DNA of 64,000 nt from Macrostomum lignano (taxonomy: Eukaryota). Positions 40,642 through 51,881 of the stretch are shown piece by piece. A model generated the notes under the pieces. The model saw nothing but the letters and a program-made list of their open reading frames with translations. It was not told the origin of the DNA and did not search any database. The translations under genes were made by a program, and so were the position numbers. The stretch covers positions 85,717-149,716 of the forward strand of contig NIVC01002688.1 in assembly GCA_002269645.1 (NCBI GenBank), given 5' to 3'. Position 1 is the stretch's first letter. Each line of letters begins with the position of its first letter.

Positions 40642-42205
40642 GTTCGTCTGTTTACTTTGAGAAATGCCGCTTCAACTCCGAGAGAGCGAGAGGCAGATTT
40701 TATTCTCCGAGCAGTGCAGCTTATTGCGTCAGAGCGGCTCTGAGAGCACGAAGCAAATTGTTGGCTGTGATGCACGCTGCCGCTCGCCAGTGAGGCCGAT
40801 CCGGACTGAGAGAAGTGACGGTTTCAGCCGTAATTAAGCCATTTCGACTGCTCAATTGGCGCCGTGCTGCTCCTTCGGCCACAGACAAACTAAAATGCGA
40901 GCCAATTAGGCAAACGGCTGCGAACTAAACTGCTTGCTTTTTACTTATTGCTGCGATGTGAATTGCTATTCCTACAAGTTGCAGCAGCTGTATTGTGTTG
41001 TGTTGCGTGTTGCGTGTATTGTGATCGGGCCTTTGGTGCACTTTACTCTCAAGATTTATCGATTCAATTCAAATGGGAGGTCCACTCCATTTTGTACACC
41101 AAATCGATTGCCTTGTACATCACACTGGGGCGTGAGCCTCGAGGGTTGCTGCACCTGCTGATGAAGAGGGAGAGTCTAATGAATTTACATAGGAGTTTTT
41201 ACTCATCTAGACCAACACAAGTTGAGACCTGAAAAACCAACCGTGCTGCCATTTGAGTCAGTGCGATTTCAACAGGTGAGTCGTGCGCATCAGACTTGTG
41301 ATTGAGCAGCTTGCAAGCACGTAGATATGTACGCTTAGCAACCCCATCGCTGGGGTACTTAAAGCGGCATTGTCACACAACCGGCGAGAGGCATTGCTGC
41401 CCATTCCGCCGACTCCCCCGAGCAGTCAGGCGCATAAGCACACACTCGCACAGGAGTGTACAGCGTTTATTATTTACGGCGTTGGTTTATTGTTGGCCTT
41501 GGGGTTGGCTCTAAAAGGCGTTAATTTACGGACAGAATGACTGAAAGAATTTTGATCGCGTTTCCTGCAATAGATGTCACAGCATTCAGGCACCTTTCGC
41601 AAAAATTTAGTCAATCTGCGTCATATATTTGCTTGGTGTGGTTACTGACTGTCTGAAATTGAACTAAAATAGATTACGTCATTGCTTGCAGGCAGGTGAA
41701 GACTGTGCATTGGGGCAGAGTGCAATTCTGGCTGGGTGCAAAAGGTGAGAATGGGTAATCAAGGGTGTCCAAAGCATTGCGTCTTCTTTGCATAGCTCTG
41801 GTTTTGCTAAATTTCTAAAGACTGATACTGACTGCCTGTGAAATCTATTACGCCATAAGTGCTTCCTTTAACTGACTTGATGTGAGAACAAATTTATCGG
41901 GAGACCCAGCCTAGATGTGAACAGACTGGACTGCTGATGCAGCGAGCAGGGTTAGAATTTTGCACACGTTAAAACACCTGTTTTTATCGGTTTTTAGCAG
42001 TACACCGATACAAATCCTGACAGCACAAGAGAATTTCTGTCTGACTATAGTGCTCTGTGAAATTTTTGAGAATCATCTGTGCTGTCACACTGGGCACAAC
42101 ACTGCACAGAGCATTGCGCAGTGCATTGCACGTGCACGTTAATGGAAGGTTAATATGAAGCGAGAATTAAAGTTAATGGCCAAATTGCCACTTGTGCGCT
42201 GAAGC

Positions 42206-42822
42206 GCCAGCACCAGGGGCGCCAGCACCAGGGGCGCCAGCACCAGGGGCGCCAGCACCAGGGGCGCCAGCACCAGGGGCGCCAGCACCAGGGGCGCCAG
42301 CACCAGGGGCGCCAGCACCAGGGGCGCCAGCACCAGGGGCGCCAGCACCAGGGGCGCCAGCACCAGGGGCGCCAGCACCAGGGGCGCCAGCACCAGGGGC
42401 GCCAGCACCAGGGGCGCCAGCACCAGGGGCGCCAGCACCAGGGGCGCCAGCACCAGGGGCGCCAGCACCAGGGGCGCCAGCACCAGGGGCGCCAGCACCA
42501 GGGGCGCCAGCACCAGGGGCGCCAGCACCAGGGGCGCCAGCACCAGGGGCGCCAGCACCAGGGGCGCCAGCACCAGGGGCGCCAGCACCAGGGGCGCCAG
42601 CACCAGGGGCGCCAGCACCAGGGGCGCCAGCACCAGGGGCGCCAGCACCAGGGGCGCCAGCACCAGGGGCGCCAGCACCAGGGGCGCCAGCACCAGGGGC
42701 GCCAGCACCAGGGGCGCCAGCACCAGGGGCGCCAGCACCAGGGGCGCCAGCACCAGGGGCGCCAGCACCAGGGGCGCCAGCACCAGGGGCGCCAGCACCA
42801 GGGGCGCCAGCACCAGGGGCGC
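42206..42822. repeat. 15-bp near-perfect minisatellite (~41 copies)
   Basis: Unit GCCAGCACCAGGGGC. Confidence 0.98.
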
Positions 42823-42999
42823 CATGTCTGAACTAGGACTTTCAGTTAATGACCATTCTTGACCAGCCATTAAGCAGAGGTCATTACCGTGAAGTGACAT
42901 TTCGATCAATGCCAATGCTCAAGGGCAAGTTGCTGAGATGTCAAGGCCATGGAATTCTAGATATTAACCTAAATTAACCTTCCCGGATGAAGTCATCGT

Positions 43000-43208
43000 C
43001 CTTGAATTGCAAGGAGCAAAATCTTGATTGTTTTCTTGGGCTGCATTTTTATCTTTGAATGCGTTGCAGCAATTCTAGGAGAAGCAGTGGATTCGTGTAC
43101 AGGAAACCCAAACAATGAAATTCTGCTGTCCGTTTCAGGATTCTCAGTGAAATTTCTTTGCAAGTAGCCGCCAGACTGACAGTTGATTGCAGCACATCTG
43201 TAGCCCAT
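43000..43208 (-). pseudogene. N-terminal fragment of a THAP zinc-finger (THAP/P-type transposase relic)
   Basis: MGYRCAAINCQSG...ISLFGFP matches the THAP start M-x3-C-x4-C...F-x-F-P; the conserved W and C-x2-H-F were not recovered. Confidence 0.5.
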
Positions 43209-43504
43209 GTTTACAATTCTCAGAGAAAGAATCTTTCTGCAATCGCAACCCTGAACAAGTGGTCCTATTGGACTTTCAAGCAAAATGGGGGCTCAACTCA
43301 AAAGCCCAGGTTTTCTGGCTGTACATTTGTGCAGTCCTTTGTGCAAAGCTAAGTACGTTCAGCTGCTGGCCCAGCCAAGGAAATCTAGATCTAGTATCTG
43401 GAATAGCAACTCTTGAGTGGAGGCGCTCGGACCCGGACCCCAGTAGGCTGGTGCGAGGATAGAGAAAAATGGGGGAAGTCCGTGTGGGAAGGGGGGGCAG
43501 GCAC

Positions 43505-44520
43505 AGACCAATAGCAGACAACAGACCAATAGCAGACAACAGAACAATAGCAGACAACAGACCAATAGCAGACAACAGACCAATAGCAGACAACAGACCA
43601 ATAGCAGACAACAGAACAATAGCAGACAACAGAACAATAGCAGACAACAGACCAATAGCAGACAACAGACCAATAGCAGACAACAGACCAATAGCAGACA
43701 ACAGACCAATAGCAGACAACAGACCAATTGCAGACAACAGACCAATAGCAGACAACAGACCAATAGCAGACAACAGACCAATAGCAGACAACAGACCAAT
43801 AGCAGACAACAGACCAATAGCAGACAACAGACCAATAGCAGACAACAGACCAATAGCAGACAACAGACCAATAGCAGACAACAGACCAATAGCAGACAAC
43901 AGACCAATAGCAGACAACAGACCAATAGCAGACAACAGACCAATAGCAGACAACAGACCAATAGCAGACAACAGACCAATAGCAGACAACAGACCAATAG
44001 CAGACGACAGACCAATAGCAGACAACAGACCAATAGCAGACAACAGACCAATAGCAGACAACAGACCAATAGCAGACAACAGACCAATAGCAGACAACAG
44101 ACCAATAGCAGACAACAGACCAATAGCAGACAACAGACCAATAGCAGACAACAGACCAATAGCAGACAACAGACCAATAGCAGACAACAGACCAATAGCA
44201 GACAACAGACCAATAGCAGACAACAGACCAATAGCAGACAACAGACCAATAGCAGACAACAGACCAATAGCAGACAACAGACCAATAGCAGACAACAGAC
44301 CAATAGCAGACAACAGACCAATAGCAGACAACAGACCAATAGCAGACAACAGACCAATAGCAGACAACAGACCAATAGCAGACAACAGAACAATAGCAGA
44401 CAACAGACCAATAGCAGACAACAGACCAATAGCAGACAACAGACTAATAGCAGACAACAGACCAATAGCAGACAACAGACCAATAGCAGACAACAGACCA
44501 ATAGCAGACAACAGACAACT
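43505..44520. repeat. 18-bp minisatellite (~56 copies)
   Basis: Unit AGACCAATAGCAGACAAC. Confidence 0.98.
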
Positions 44521-44523
44521 GTT

Positions 44524-44562
44524 TTTGGCGTTGTGAAATTTAGATCTTATGAAGCGCCCCCG
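44524..44562. mobile_element. Solo terminus of the 45127-45527 MITE family
   Basis: GGCGTTGTGAAATTTAGATCTTATGAAGCGCCCCC is nearly the reverse complement of the start at 45127. Confidence 0.7.
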
Positions 44563-45126
44563 CTGGTAATATGCGAATGCAGATTTATCCATCCTCATTC
44601 AATGCAAAACTGTAAGGCCGTTGCCATAATTATACATTTTGCATGCAATAAATAAGAATGTGTGTGCTTTTATTAATTATCTAAAAAATACAAAAATACA
44701 ATATTCGTTTCATTTCCATACTTGAAAATCCGATATTAGTTTCTAGCGAGCATCTCATAGCCAAATATTTGTTCAAAGGCAAAAGCATGTGCGGCTGTGT
44801 GGGGTTTCCCCAGTCAGCCTACTAGCGTACGGGGCCAAAGGAGTTCCGGGAAGACTCCAGGTTCTAGTTCTAGATCTCTATGATCCAATGTACGCTCGTA
44901 CAAAGACCCATATTTTCATAAAGCTGCACATTTGTCAGGCTCGGTGAAACATGCTGTACAATTTCATTCACTATATGGACTGTTGGGGAATTGGGATGAA
45001 ATGCAGAGACCATCTTGACACGGGTTTGAACACCCAATGGCCGTGGACTAGTCAGACATTCCACTAAACAAAAAATACCTGACTAAGTGAGTCCACGTGT
45101 GGAGCCACGAAGACCAGTCTGTGAGA

Positions 45127-45527
45127 GGGGGGCGCTTCATAAGACCTAAATTTCACAACGCCTAAAGCACATGACTTCACATCACCTAAATTTCATAACG
45201 CCCAAGTTTCACAACGCCTAAAATCGAAAATGCAGCCTCCTTCACAACGCCTAAATTTCACATCGCCTAAATTTCATATCGCCTAAATTTCATATCGCCT
45301 AAAACCAAAAATGCATCCTACTTCATATCGCCTAAATTTCATATCGCCTAAATTTCACAACGCCTAAAAATCTGCATGTTCTTTCATATCGCCTAAACTT
45401 CATATCGCCTAAATTTCACAACACCTAAAACTGAATGTGAAGGAGAGAAGCAAAGATTTTAGGCGTTGTGAAATTTAGGCGATATGAAATTTAGGCGTTG
45501 TGAATTTAGGTCTTATGAAAGCGTCCC
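45127..45527. mobile_element. ~400-bp MITE with GGG-starting TIRs and 8-bp TSD (Merlin- or Mutator-like)
   Basis: TIR GGGGGGCGCTTCATAAGACCTAAA...TTTAGGTCTTATGAAAGCGTCCC; CTGTGAGA at 45119-45126 and 45528-45535; iterated TTTCACAACGCCTAAA motifs. Confidence 0.85.
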
Positions 45528-45648
45528 CTGTGAGAGTCCGATCAGGTGATAGTGCACACGATATGCCAAGGAGCGCTGCCATTGGTCCGCGTGGACTGGA
45601 CTGCAGCCGTGGACTCGGGCTTCTCTGGGAATGGGAGAGCTAAAAATA

Positions 45649-45720
45649 GACTCATTGGCTGAGTGGGCCAGTGCGTCTGACTCGTAGTTAAAAGGTCGGA
45701 GGTTCGAATTTTGCTAGAGA
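45649..45720 (+). pseudogene. tRNA-derived pseudogene / SINE head (Trp/Arg-like)
   Basis: A box TGGCTGAGTGG, GCGTCTGACT anticodon-arm start, B box GGTTCGAATT; anticodon stem degenerate; followed by AT-rich sequence and (AT)n. Confidence 0.5.
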
Positions 45721-45746
45721 AAGTATTATGTAAATGTAAATAATAT

Positions 45747-45781
<35 letters not shown>

Positions 45782-46431
45782 CAAGAAAGCAGAAAATACA
45801 ATAAATTTTAATTTTAATGAACAAACTTGAAACTATATTTGCTAAGATTGTTAGATTACTAAGGATTATAACATTATTAAGATTAAGGCCTCGAAATACA
45901 AGCATAAGAAAAGTAGTATTGAAAGAGTTTAAATATTATTATTACAACATAAATATTCAAAAAGTGAAAATACTTTTTTTAAGTGTTAGAATTCGTATTC
46001 GTACTTCTTCATCTGTAATCACAATAGCTTGAATCATTGCTGGATTGTATCAATAGAATTTTAGGAATTGAAACAAAATTATTGCTTTCCACAACGGGTC
46101 GCAAGGTGGGGTCCGGTAAGGGGGCAAAGCATTGTCATGTTCCCCCTACAGCTTTTACTGAGGAACATGTCCCCTGTCCCCGCCGCTGGCGACGCCCCCG
46201 GTTATTGTCATGCATTTAACACAATAAAGTAAGGTAAAAATTATTTAGACAGGTACGAATTTCTCAGAGACCACTAGCAGTATATGCAGGACGCTGCACT
46301 CAAAGATAGTGCAATTTTTTTCGTGGCCGATTCCCTGGCAATAAATTTTAACTTTCTTATAAGTTTCGAAACCGTTTTTCACTCTTTCCAAACCCCGCCC
46401 TCTCCTAGCGGTCGGTCCCGAGTCCATGCAG

Positions 46432-46697
46432 GGAATTCTCTAGACCTGGACGGGGAATTCTCTAGACCTGGACAGGGAATTAATTCTCTAGACCTGGACA
46501 GGGAATTCTCTAGACATGGACAGGGAATTCTGTATACCTGGACAGGGAATTCTCTAGACCTGGACAGGGAATTCTCTAGACCTGGACAGGGAATTCTCTA
46601 GACCTGGACAGGGAATTCTCTAGACCTGGACAGGGAATTCTCTAGACCTGGACAGGGAATTCTCTAGACCTGGACAGGGAATTCTCTAGACCTGGAA
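46432..46697. repeat. 22-bp tandem repeat (~12 copies)
   Basis: Unit GACAGGGAATTCTCTAGACCTG. Confidence 0.95.
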
Positions 46698-47762
46698 GTG
46701 ACACTGGCCAATGGGGGCGGGCCAAGTCAGGTCGACCTCTTCCGAGCCTGAGCCCAGCCCAGTTCATGCATATTGATGTTGCAAGCAAATAAAAAAGACC
46801 TTAATTTGTTACTTAGAAACATCAAAAATTAGAATTCGAGTTATCATTATATACTGCACACAATAGAAATAGCATCAGATAGTAGGCATTGCCATTCAAA
46901 TTTACCAAAAACTGTCAGAAGCCAGGATATGAAGGGAAAAGCAACGGAGAGAAGTGGTCCGGAACTGGGGGTTCAACTTGGCAATTTTTCGGCAGCTGTC
47001 GTTTTCTTTCAGGCCATCAGTTCTTCGCTTGCGAACGAGGGAAGGACGATTGATCTCTGTAGTGAAGTTCTTAAGAAAGCAGTTGAGAAGGCGGAAGGAA
47101 AACTGCCGAATCACTTGCCTGTGAGAGTGCTTAGAGCAACGAAAGCGACACGATGCGAATTAAGCTGAATTCTGCATCTTGACAATGATCAGTGCAGCAA
47201 AGCCGCTGAGAAGCTTCTTCCAGATCGCTGCAGCCTCGAAGGTTCTCAAAAGCCACCTTGTCATCGCTGCTGAGACCATATATGGAGTCGCAGTGAAATT
47301 CCACTCCCTTCGCGGTGGTCACCTCGTCGATGATGAGGACCACATACTTCTCTCGAGGGTCAAGCGATCCTGCCCGCAGCTGAATGTACGCCTCATCCAC
47401 GATGCCAGACTCCTTGGAAAGAACGGATGTCAGCCTAACGAGATTCCTGATAGAGGGCAAGCAAATGGACCCATCGTCCAGAATCGCCTTGTGGGCAGCG
47501 CGGCTAGTTGAAAAAACCAAATACGCCAGTACTGTTGTTGTTGGCGTATAGCGACGAGACGGCCCCGGGTGTGGATCAGGGAAAATTGCTCGAGAAGGAA
47601 CTTCACTTGTCCTTGAACATCTGATTCATCGCTCAGAGATCCGAGGTAGCTCCTCAAAACCTCCTCCACGAAATCAGACGGTCTCTGACTGTTTTTACCC
47701 TGGTTGCCTCTCTGGCAGCTTGTCTAAGGGTTGTGCGCAATCCGATTGGCTATGCCAATTTC

Positions 47763-48958
47763 AAAGGGTCCGCCCCGGAGGGGCTGTGCCTGTTCTAAAA
47801 ATAAACCCTATTCTTTTTTTCTAATTTCGGCCCTCGGCCTTGGTTTAGGGGGGGTGGTGCCCGGAGTGAGTTGGTTCTCTGGACTGCAGTGTGGCTAGGA
47901 CGGGACTGAGCCCCCCGGTCGTACCCGCCCTGCAGGAAAGAAAATGACCAATTCACAAAGGTGTACGGTAGACCCAGTAGCATGCCAGCCCTGAGGCTGA
48001 GCACCCGGGCTGCAGGTCGGCAAGCTGCCTGCTCTAGGGCTATGGTGCTCCTCCCTTCTGCCAATCTTTTTTTCTGGGCTGGCATCCCAGCGCTGTTTTA
48101 TCCCAAGCTTTGTGCCTTTGTGGCTTTTTATTCTTTTAATCTTTTATCTGGCCAATAGAAGCCTTCCAATTCTCGGAGTTATGAGCTCTGCCCTTGCCCG
48201 GTCCATCTTGCCCTGTCCTCGGGTCCATCTCCTGGCTCCTGCTGAAGGTCCCTGCTTGCGTGTCTCTGGCTCTCATCCTGACAGTGGATTGGTGTCCTGG
48301 GAAGGATGTTCGTCCCGAACCGGGGACAACCGGCTGAGTCCGGAGTCCTCTTGCCCTGGGTGCCTCTTCTCCCGACCCCTTGGCCTGGCCCCCAATAATG
48401 AGCTGGATAGGCGATGCCCTTGGGTTGGTAGCAATAGAGGTGTTGCCATGTCCGCCTAGAGTCTCCCCCTCGGATACAAGCCTTCCAGACTCACTCCAAT
48501 ATAGAGCTGGGTAGTGAAAAGCCTTGAGGCTCGAGACCTACAGTTTATGCGGTTGCTGTATAGGATCGCTCTTGGTAAATAGCTGCCCAGACTCGCTCCA
48601 ATAGTTTAAGCCATTTCCGCAGGTTTAGGAGTAACTCCTCACTCGGACCGCTTTTTTCAGTAGTATTTCAAGCATTTCGCTTTCCAATTTTCTGCGCACT
48701 CCCAAAAACTCGCTGGCTGGGGGGTGGCCTGGGTGGACTCGGTCCTAGCACCGTCCCTGATTCCACTGTTTGGGTTGGCGGTGTCTTGTACCGTAGGCTT
48801 GGGTCAACTCGCCCTTTCCCTAGCTTTAAGCTGGGCCCAATCCCAATGTATTCATGGGGTATCTCGGGCCCTGGACAGCTAATGCCTTGGCCCCTGGAAG
48901 TGCCCCTCGCGGCAGAGCCCACCCCAGGGCTGATCCGCGGGTCCCCCTAGGACCCTTT
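47763..48958. mobile_element. Unclassified 1.2-kb insertion within the P-type transposase
   Basis: Transposase homology stops and resumes at these points; ends read AAAGGGTCC...GGACCCTTT; interior has only degenerate Pro/Gly-rich frames. Confidence 0.55.
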
Positions 48959-49051
48959 CGTTTAACAACAACAAATCAGACGACGTGATGGGATCACGTG
49001 TCTCTCCTGTCTGGGCCAGAGATTTGAGGAATGTCAGCAGGTTCTCAGAAG

Positions 49052-49287
49052 GGGTTGCCTTCACAAACGCGAAATTTCACAACCGCTAAATCACCTACTT
49101 TCATAAACGCGAAACTTTATAACCGCGAAACTTCACAACCGCTAAATCACCTACTTTCACAACCGCGAAACTTTAACCGCGAAACTTCACAACCGCTAAA
49201 AAGACTGCCGTTTATCAAAGTAAACGCAAAAATTTTAGCGGTTATGAAGTTTCGCGTTTGTGAAGTTTCGCGTTTATGAAACCCACC
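49052..49287. mobile_element. 236-bp MITE with imperfect TIRs and 8-bp TSD
   Basis: Flanks CTCAGAAG (49044-49051) and CTCAAAAG (49288-49295); TIR GGGTTGCCTTCACAAACGCG vs reverse complement GGTGGGTTTCATAAACGCG; removal restores the transposase frame. Confidence 0.8.
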
Positions 49288-49530
49288 CCTCAAAAGTGGA
49301 GAACAGATGGAGGGTGTCCTGCTGCTTTGGAAACAGATGTCCAAGCATGCTGCTAGTACAGTGAAGGCCATAAACAAATGCCTGATACGTGAGATCTTCA
49401 AAGACAGTCAGTGAAGCTGTGAGGTGTGGAGCGGAGTCTGAGATGGATGTGTCGATCAGGAAAAAGGAAGCTAATCCAGCGTTGGTGCTTCTTACAAATC
49501 CGGATGGAATATTGGCCGAATCCAACTTGT

Positions 49531-49770
49531 CTAGCAGGTCACTGAGTCTAGGTGGTCGGTTGATTCTCTGACGAAGTCAGCTTCCGTGAAGTGCTTCGAG
49601 CAGACACGCTGAGAAGACGTGGCCTTCAGGTCGGCGGTTGGTATAGCACGAAGCCACTGCTGTCTCAGTACAGGATGCTTTGGGAAAGCATAATACTCGT
49701 AGCTTATTCCCACAGTTCCTTCTGGCGAATAGCCTGATTTGCAGCCGAACACACAGCACTTGTAACCCAT
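49531..49770 (-). CDS. THAP (C2CH) zinc-finger domain of the P-type transposase relic
   Basis: MGYKCCVFGC...FPKHPVLRQQWLRAI...RVCSKHF has all canonical C, C, P, W, C, H, F residues. Confidence 0.88.
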   Translation of the reverse strand: MGYKCCVFGCKSGYSPEGTVGISYEYYAFPKHPVLRQQWLRAIPTADLKATSSQRVCSKHFTEADFVRESTDHLDSVTC

Positions 49771-50026
49771 GATTTATCTTTGCAAGTAATACAAAATGAG
49801 CAACTTGGGAACTTTGCGAAGACTTATACGACCGTATAAAGAACGTACACCCGAGAAGGGCAAAAGTTGGTAGGCTGTGCATAGAACTTTTTGTCCCTCA
49901 CAATGTACAATTGTGCATAATGTCTTTGTCTGCAATCTTCCTCAGTTCCTTTTCTTCTTTCCCAAATGCACATTTCTTCCTTCCCTCCTTATCTTACACC
50001 CCCCATCTTCTTATCATTCACTCTTC

Positions 50027-50087
50027 CAGGGAAGCCTCTTTGTTCGCTTCGCTCACGGTGAGCGAAGCAAACAAAGAGGCTTCCCTG
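50027..50087. repeat. 61-bp near-perfect palindrome
   Basis: 30-bp arms CAGGGAAGCCTCTTTGTT(C/T)GCTTCGCTCAC, one mismatch, 1-nt loop. Confidence 0.95.
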
Positions 50088-50278
50088 ACTCTTCCCCTCA
50101 AGCCTATGGTTTTTTCTAACATGTCTTACACTCAGTCGGTTCCTCTCTTGTCCCTTCACAGCCAAAAATGAATGGCCTGACTTGGCCCGGGCACCCCGGC
50201 CCAGGGAATACTCTACAGAGTATTCTACAGAGTACTCTATAGAGTATTCCCTAGACAGATAAGCAAGGCCTTTGTGCC

Positions 50279-50881
50279 ATGCTACAAAGAGTTTTACAGG
50301 ATATTCCGTCACATCTACAAGCAAGAAGAATAGAGGAACTAACCACCTTTTTCGGTCTAGAAACTGGCGACCTACCAATCGAGTTTTTCGCCATGGCCCC
50401 TGATGATATCGCCGCAGCGAATGTGAGTAGCGAAGAGAAGAAGATGGCGGATCTGCAGAAATTCAGGGAGAAGCTGTACGCATCCCGCGTAACACTAACT
50501 GATCAGCTGATGGACGCTGTTGATCACCAGCTTCCATCTGGCGAGCAGAACATCATCACTAGGGTGAAGGCGGCTCTAGCAATGTACAAGAAGACTCAAA
50601 TTGGAGGTCTATATTGGATTCTCGAAGTTGGGCGGCTGCTTACAACTTATCGCACACAAGAGAAAAAGAAATTTGAACAAGATGTTAAAGTGCGGTCCGC
50701 CCATTTGTGCAAAATGGTAAACATCCAGCAATCAACTGGCTATTTTTACATTCGTCTGTACAAACTGTCTGTTACCTACCCAGGCTTGAGACAGGTGTCG
50801 ATGCCAATTAGGGAATTAAACTCTAAGATGAAGTTTCTAGAAGAAATTTTAGCCCGTGATCCTGCGTGGAAAACTGTGTAA
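50279..50881 (+). CDS. Intronless 200-aa hypothetical protein, possibly mobile-element or viral
   Basis: Uninterrupted ATG-TAA ORF with ordinary protein composition, predicted helical; no family recognised with confidence. Confidence 0.6.
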   Translation: MLQRVLQDIPSHLQARRIEELTTFFGLETGDLPIEFFAMAPDDIAAANVSSEEKKMADLQKFREKLYASRVTLTDQLMDAVDHQLPSGEQNIITRVKAALAMYKKTQIGGLYWILEVGRLLTTYRTQEKKKFEQDVKVRSAHLCKMVNIQQSTGYFYIRLYKLSVTYPGLRQVSMPIRELNSKMKFLEEILARDPAWKTV

Positions 50882-51399
50882 TTTTAAATTTAGTTCATTT
50901 AGAATTTTTCTAACGCGTTAGAATTCAAAGAGAAGATTCAACTACTAACTGGAGGCAACCGATTGGTTAAGTAGAGGAGGGAAGCAATTTTCTCAGTGCT
51001 GCGTACAGCTCAATCGGGGGTTTGGAATTCTAACGCTGTTAGAAATTTCTATGTGAAAAGTTTCCCGCAAGATAAGCTTGGGCACACCAAATGTTCACAT
51101 AGAAATTTCTAACAGCGTTAGAAAATCTAGCTGCTGGCTCACAGGAAAGCTAGGCTGGCTCAGTATGTTGTTGAAAAATTCTAACGCGTTAGACAATTCT
51201 GAGAGCCTACATAGTGTCTGTTTTTTTCTATCAATTTTTTATAATCTTGTAGTAGTTAATAAATATATAGTTCTAAATAATTAATAATAAAATTAATAGG
51301 CAAGCTGTAAGAAAAGTATCCTCTTCCTTCTCTTCAAATTCACTGTTATTTTTGCAATTTGTAGAATGAGCTCTCAATAATTCTCTCTTAACTCATAAA

Positions 51400-51640
51400 T
51401 TCCTTTCTGTTTTACTTCCTCAATCTGTTTTGATTTTCTAGAAAACGTCTTTACTAAAAACTCTGTAGCTGGAGGACAAATGCTGGTAGAGAAACCAAAT
51501 CCAGTGAAAAGAGTTGTATTGAGTAATAAGGAGATTCACGAGATTGTGCTACAGTTTGAGACTGAAGATGGGGTGGGTGTTGATTTCAACGGTGAAGAGT
51601 TTGTATTGAAGTTGATCATTGAGAGAATGTGCGAAAAAAA
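51400..51640 (+). pseudogene. Possible C-terminal fragment of a Polinton minor capsid (penton) protein
   Basis: GQMLVEKPNPVKRVVLSNKEIHEIVLQFETEDGVGVDFNGEEFVLKLII resembles my recollection of the Polinton mCP C-terminus (xxE-P...I-x2-I-x-I-x4-DG-x2-DFxGE-x3-L-x-L); N-terminus absent. Confidence 0.45.
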
Positions 51641-51641
51641 A

Positions 51642-51881
51642 TTACAATTGCCTAATGATTTCTGCAAAGTTATAGTAGCTGTCGTAATCTGTTACGTAGG
51701 TTACTCCATACTTAAGAAACCAGTGGCTTTGGAGAGCTTGATTAATATTAGGGACATTGATATCAACGTCGGGCCAATATTTTCTCATGTTCTCACTGCA
51801 TTCTAGTTTGCATTGGTACTTACTCTTGTAATTAGGCTCGGGGGCTTTGTAATAAGAACCTGGAGAGACGATTGGAAGCAT
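51642..51881 (-). CDS. 79-aa hypothetical protein, left copy, in the terminal region of the Polinton-like remnant
   Basis: Paralog of 54879-55121 with many synonymous differences; AAAAAATG start context. Confidence 0.65.
   Translation of the reverse strand: MLPIVSPGSYYKAPEPNYKSKYQCKLECSENMRKYWPDVDINVPNINQALQSHWFLKYGVTYVTDYDSYYNFAEIIRQL

Larger units (their letters stand above)
46905..49770 (-). pseudogene. THAP-domain P-element (THAP9-like) transposase; internally deleted and split by two insertions
   Basis: THAP domain at 49770-49531; linker 49525-49290 continuing in frame as STF|ENLLTFLKSLA once the MITE is removed; core FLLEQ...RRY...LPS...EKYVVLIIDEV...VEF (47670-47250); C-terminus NCFLKNF...RKIAKL (47100-46960). 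Confidence 0.8.

Noticed and set aside
40700-42140. Possible divergent gene upstream of copy C
   Set aside because: Only short ORFs, no recognisable domain and no consistent exon chain
42139-44598. PGAPA/LVLAP and IADNRP/LLSAIG repeat ORFs (collagen- or elastin-like appearance)
   Set aside because: Produced by 15-bp and 18-bp minisatellites, open in several frames, with no signal peptide or splice context
40228-45720. Functional tRNA genes at 40228 and 45649
   Set aside because: A and B boxes are present but acceptor and anticodon stems do not pair; kept only as tRNA-derived relics
21752-46697. Tandem arrays as possible CRISPR arrays
   Set aside because: Units are contiguous with no unique spacers, there are no cas genes, and the context is eukaryotic
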